Positions 57,634 through 64,000 of a stretch of DNA of 64,000 bases are shown here, piece after piece. Every line of letters starts with the position of its first letter. Position 1 is the stretch's first letter. Below the pieces are notes generated by a model. The model worked only from the letters and a program-made list of their open reading frames with translations. It made no database searches and was not told where the DNA came from. Origin of the DNA: the human T2T-CHM13v2.0 reference genome, Homo sapiens. Where the stretch lies: the NCBI RefSeq assembly GCF_009914755.1, contig NC_060941.1. One strand, given 5' to 3'. The position numbers and the translations under genes were made by a program.

Positions 57634-57636
<3 letters not shown>

Positions 57637-57678
<42 letters not shown>
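57637..57678 (+). repeat. (CA)21 microsatellite
   Basis: Direct count of a perfect repeat. Confidence 0.97.
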
Positions 57679-57681
<3 letters not shown>

Positions 57682-58479
57682 CACTTCCCTTAGAGTCTTT
57701 CCTCCTCCCACTCAAGTTTTACCAAGCAGTTATTTTATTCTTACTACAAGTAAGTTGGTACTATATAGCAACATTTCTCAATAATGGTCCTCTCCATATT
57801 CTGGGATCCTGACATGCAACGGAAGCTTAATAAATATTTGTTGAAAGAATCCAGATATAGGTTAGCACTATAGGTTTATTCTTACAAATAAACATTCTTT
57901 AGTTGATTCTACTGTCTCAGTTCAGGTCCAAAGCTAGAATCACAAACCAGGTTGCCCACAAGAGGAAGAGAGAATCCAAGGCAGACGATATCTCAAGTCC
58001 AAACAGGTAAGTAGAATTAGAATATTCCATATAAGAAGAGTAGGCCTGTAGCCATTGGGTGAAAGCTCAGAGGAAGGGCTCTGATTTCTAGGAGGACACT
58101 AAGGTTAAAGATTAGTACCTAGCCCTGGTTTACAGTAATTTTTGGCCTCAGGTCAGACTTTTTCTGGTATTGGAGTAGGCTTGAATCTACAAAAGGTAAT
58201 TAAGTATTAAATAAGTAAAGAGGAGAGGGATACAGAAGATGGTTAAAATGGACAAGTTATTACGCTTGCTCCATTAACATGGAATACATTGATTAGCTGG
58301 GAATTGTGAGTATCCTGATAATCAATTTTCCCCTTAATTTTGTGAGCACATATGTGTCCTTTTCATGAACAGCTTCACTTCTCATACTATCCATCCCAAG
58401 AAACAAACTTAGATGCCATATGAACTTGTTTTGTCAGAAAATGCCCAGAGCCTAATAGCTATATGGACTTTAAAACTTT

Positions 58480-58690
58480 AATTAATGTAATAACTTACTT
58501 CAACATTTGGTCTTCTTTCCCATGTTATCTTATTTCATTTTCACAAGAACGCATTAAAGTAGGTATTTTATTCCCATTTTTACAGATGAGGAAAGTTAAA
58601 TTTGAAGTGTGTGCACAGAACGGCAGAACTTGGATCCGAACCCAAATCTCTTGGATGCCAAAACCTACTTTTCGGTTGCTCCTCTAAAAT
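58480..58690 (-). mobile_element. MIR
   Basis: 'cccatttttacagatgaggaaagtt...gaacccaaatc'. Confidence 0.75.
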
Positions 58691-58989
58691 TGTTGGAATC
58701 TTGCTAACTGGCCACTTAACCTTTTACACTTTCAATTGAAAAGTTACAATTTGAAATGTGTAGAGGGAAACAAGCAGAGGAGCCATGTGGGAAAGAAGTC
58801 AATGTGAACTCAAAAACTTCTACAGCCTCATCAAGCAATGAAAACAAACCATTGAGCTACAACAAATCAAAAGGGTTTTTCTTCCCCACCCCCAGCCCCA
58901 TTGTCCTCTCTTTACAAACTCAATCAATGAGTTGAAGCTATATTACCCAATAATGAGCCAACCATATTTCAGACAACACAAAAAAATAT

Positions 58990-59940
58990 TATCATAGTCA
59001 TGATCTCCTGAAATCCCACCACCAAGATAGACATTGATGATAACACTTTGGTGTACAGTACAGCCTCCCCGTCAGTGCCATTTATATATATTAGATATAA
59101 TTATATGCACTATAACTACATATATAATTGTATGCACTATAAATAATTTAAATATGCACTATAATTAACTAAAATAATAAACTATTTTTATTTTTGGCAG
59201 TTATTATAATTTTCTCTAATTTGCAAGGCATTTATCCCAACTTTTTATTTTGAAAATTTTCATATGTATACAAAAGTTTAAAGAATTGGTCACTGAACAA
59301 GAATATATCCACCATTGAGATTTAATATTAATTACATATCTGGCTATATTTAATTACTCACATATCCATTTATCTATTTTTCCTGTAGATATCTATCAGT
59401 CAATTCTGATACATTTTAAAGTAAATATTACAGATAATAATAGGTCTAATCTCTAAATGTTTTAGCATGTATATCAGTAACTAGCATGCAATAAAAATTT
59501 CTTTATTTACATCTGTATAAAATATACGTTTTCTGAATTATCAACTGTTTTCTTAAAGTGGGGTTTTGAAAAGAGAATTACTGGGTCAAAATTCATGAAT
59601 ATTTTAAGGCTGTTCACACATATAACCAAATTGCTTTTCAAAAAAATTTTGACAAGTTATACTTTTAGCAGCAGTGCATGTGAGTATTCATCTAACTGTA
59701 TCCTTGTGAATTATTAAGTATTAACTTCTTTGTTAATGTGATACCAGGAAAATTGGATATTATTGCTAGACTTAATTTGTTGATTTTTGATAAGTTGTAG
59801 CATTTTTCTTTGTTTATCATTTATAATCATTTATCATTTCTTCAGTGAATTGTCTAATTCAGATATGCCTCTTCTTGCATTCAAATTTTAGTGTTTTTAT
59901 TATCAATTTGTGTAAGCTTTTTGTACATCAAAACTGTTGA
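58990..59940 (-). mobile_element. Old L1ME/MC 3' fragments
   Basis: 'ctttttattttgaaaattttca', 'gaattactgggtcaaa', 'ccaaattgcttttcaaaa', 'ttcttcagtgaattgtct'. Confidence 0.6.
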
Positions 59941-60380
59941 CAAAAGAGTATAAACAGCTTTGAGGAACTTGATACATATATCCAATTTCTTAAAATGAAT
60001 ATGACACATTGGCATAATAATGAGAAATAAGACAGGTTCATAAAATCTCTATCTCCCAGTAATCAAATCTCCATTTCCCAATAACCAAATGTCATTCAAA
60101 AAGAAAACAAAAATAATACATTTTTCACTCCAAGATAAGAAAAAAATAAAGGCCAAGATGATTCTAACTGATTCTGGTCTTCAAAATAATAAAACCTTAA
60201 ATGTTTTCTATAAATCTAAACTAACAAAATTATTTTCTTGAATTTTGGCTATGCTACTGCCTGAAGATAGGTCATGACATTTCTGAATATGATAATCATG
60301 TGAGAGCATTGCTGATTTTCACTACGAGCAGAACAAGATAAGCTTAGTAACCATGACAGTTTTACATTTTGTTTCCTTAA

Positions 60381-62114
<1,734 letters not shown>

Positions 62115-62254
62115 GATACTTGTTGTATTGTATATTTCATGAGCTAATCCATCTGAAGTCTCTGTCACTCTCCTCCCCTCCTCACAAGTGAACTTGTCCT
62201 CTCTTTATCTAAATATATCACTCCTGAGTCTTTTGGACATCAGCAGTGATTTAC

Positions 62255-64000
62255 CAGCAGAATTCCAGTAATGATGGAGTAGCTTCTATATTAGATTAGT
62301 CCTCTTACAAATGACAATTACAAACTCTAGATCAAATTTTTAAAAACAGCTATTGAAAGGCATAGGCAAGCAACCAAAATCATGCAAAACATGGAAAAGA
62401 TTTGGCCCCTGAAAGCGTACCATGTTAAGTGAGATTCACGTTTATATGGCTTGCTCCATGATGGTACTCTACAACTGCAGGTGTGAAGCGGTTAAAACTC
62501 ATGATCAAGGCATAGATTGCTTGTTTTGTTTTGTTTCTGCCCAAGGAATCAGAAAAAGGAGTTTGGAACTGCAAGAGTGAGTGGAAATTGAAGGGAGAAA
62601 TTGCAGATAAAAAAAATCCACAGGTACCCAACTTGGCATGTGAACTCCCCTTCAAATGCTTGGCTGACCTCTGTATTGCACATGCATGGGAGAGAGGCCA
62701 AAGATTCCAAAGGAAAAACAATAGCTGGAAACCCTAAAGAGCTAAATGATGAAAAAAAAGTGCAATTCTAGTACCCCAAATTGGAGAGACTTGGAAAACA
62801 CCTCAAGCTTTCCATGGAAGCCCAGAAAGATCTCCCACTTTAGGAGTAAAGACAACATTCCAGGACTAACAGATTTTTTCAAGGGCCAAGGGTGAAAAAA
62901 TAAATAGGCATTGTCTTGCAGATTACAAAATTAAGCCCTCACAGGTTCAAGATGATCAGTCAGTAATTTAACTGCCTGCTAAAACCAAACTCGACATTCT
63001 CCAGTGAAAGATAACAGGATCTAAAGCCTCTATAAGGTGTCATTCAGCACACCAGTATCATCAAAATTACCAGATTTGGGGGGCACAGAGAACATAGACC
63101 CAGTAGTCAAGAAGAATGTCATTCAACAGAAACATACAGATGCTCCCTGAGTTACAATGGGGTTAGGTTCCAATAAACCCATTGTAGGTTGAAAATATCA
63201 TAAGTCAGAAATGTGTATATTTAATACACCTAACTTACCCAACATCACAGCTTATGCTAGCCTACCTTAAATGTCCTCAAAACACTTACATTAGCCTACA
63301 ATTGCCTAAAATCATCTAACACAAAGCCTATTTTATAAGAAAGTGTTGAAAAACCTCAGATAATTTATTGAATGCTGGTCAAAAAGTGAAAAACAAAATG
63401 GTTGTATGGATACTTAATGTATGGCTTCCACTGAGCATGTATGGCTTACACACCATCATTAAGTTGAAAAATCATCAGTAGAACTATTGTAAGCCAGAGA
63501 CCATCTGTATTCAGAACAAACCAGGTGAAACTATTTTTAGATGGGACAACTAAGATAAGAATGTTAAATAGTCTACAGGAAAAGATAGAGATGTAAGTGA
63601 AGATAATGAAAATTTTATAAGAGAGTTGAACATTGTAAAATAAATCTAATAACTAAACAATATAATATCAGAAATCAAAACTTCATTTAAAAAACTTGAT
63701 TGAATGATATTAACAGCAGATTATACCCAACAAAACAAAAGTTCAGTGAACTTGAAGACAGGTCGATGAAAGTAATTTAAAATGCATAATGAGAAAAAAA
63801 GACTAGAAAAAAAAAACTAACAAAGCCTCAGTTACATCTGAACAATATCAAGCACTCTAACATTTACGTAATTGGAGAGGAAGAGAATAGGGTGAGAAAA
63901 AAATACAAAAATTTTGGTCAACTTTTCTCCAAATTTGATCAAAAGGAGAAACCCCCAAATCCAGGAATATCCATGAATGCTAATCAGAATAAATACAAAG
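62255..64000 (+). mobile_element. Old L1M 5' region and ORF1, running off the window
   Basis: ORF1-like 'taacagcagatta...agtgaacttgaagacagg', 'taacatttacgtaattggag', 'ccaaatttgat'. Confidence 0.65.
63137..63507. mobile_element. MER47A (Tigger-family MITE)
   Basis: TIRs cagatgctcc / gagaccatctg, TA on both flanks, 371 bp. Confidence 0.92.

Noticed and set aside
59095-59168. Three spaced copies of 'tatgcactataa' (superficially CRISPR-like)
   Set aside because: Degenerate AT-rich minisatellite with short related spacers, in eukaryotic DNA with no cas genes.

Overview
AT-rich primate (human-like) non-coding DNA, either intergenic or deep intronic. Roughly half is recognisable interspersed repeat: Alu J/S/Y, FAM, MIR, L1PA/PB/MA/ME, L2, MaLR and ERV solo LTRs, and hAT and Tigger MITEs. 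No intact protein-coding gene, RNA gene or CRISPR array is supported; the ORF track is mostly L1 fragments, Alu read-through and chance ORFs. The one gene-derived feature is a near full-length processed pseudogene of ARL2BP (BART) on the minus strand (~13.8-15.8 kb). Its GC-rich 5'UTR carries a near-consensus CTCF motif. The most unusual structures are: a ~590-bp fold-back inverted duplication around an AluJ (38.67-39.26 kb); tandem Alus sharing three copies of one target site (48.77-49.36 kb); an end-to-end, TSD-flanked L1MA with several internal deletions; a microsatellite grown out of an Alu TSD; and several candidate non-coding exons and enhancer-like unique segments. I see no evidence for a novel multi-gene system. 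Repeat subfamily names come from recalled consensus sequences and need RepeatMasker/Dfam confirmation.
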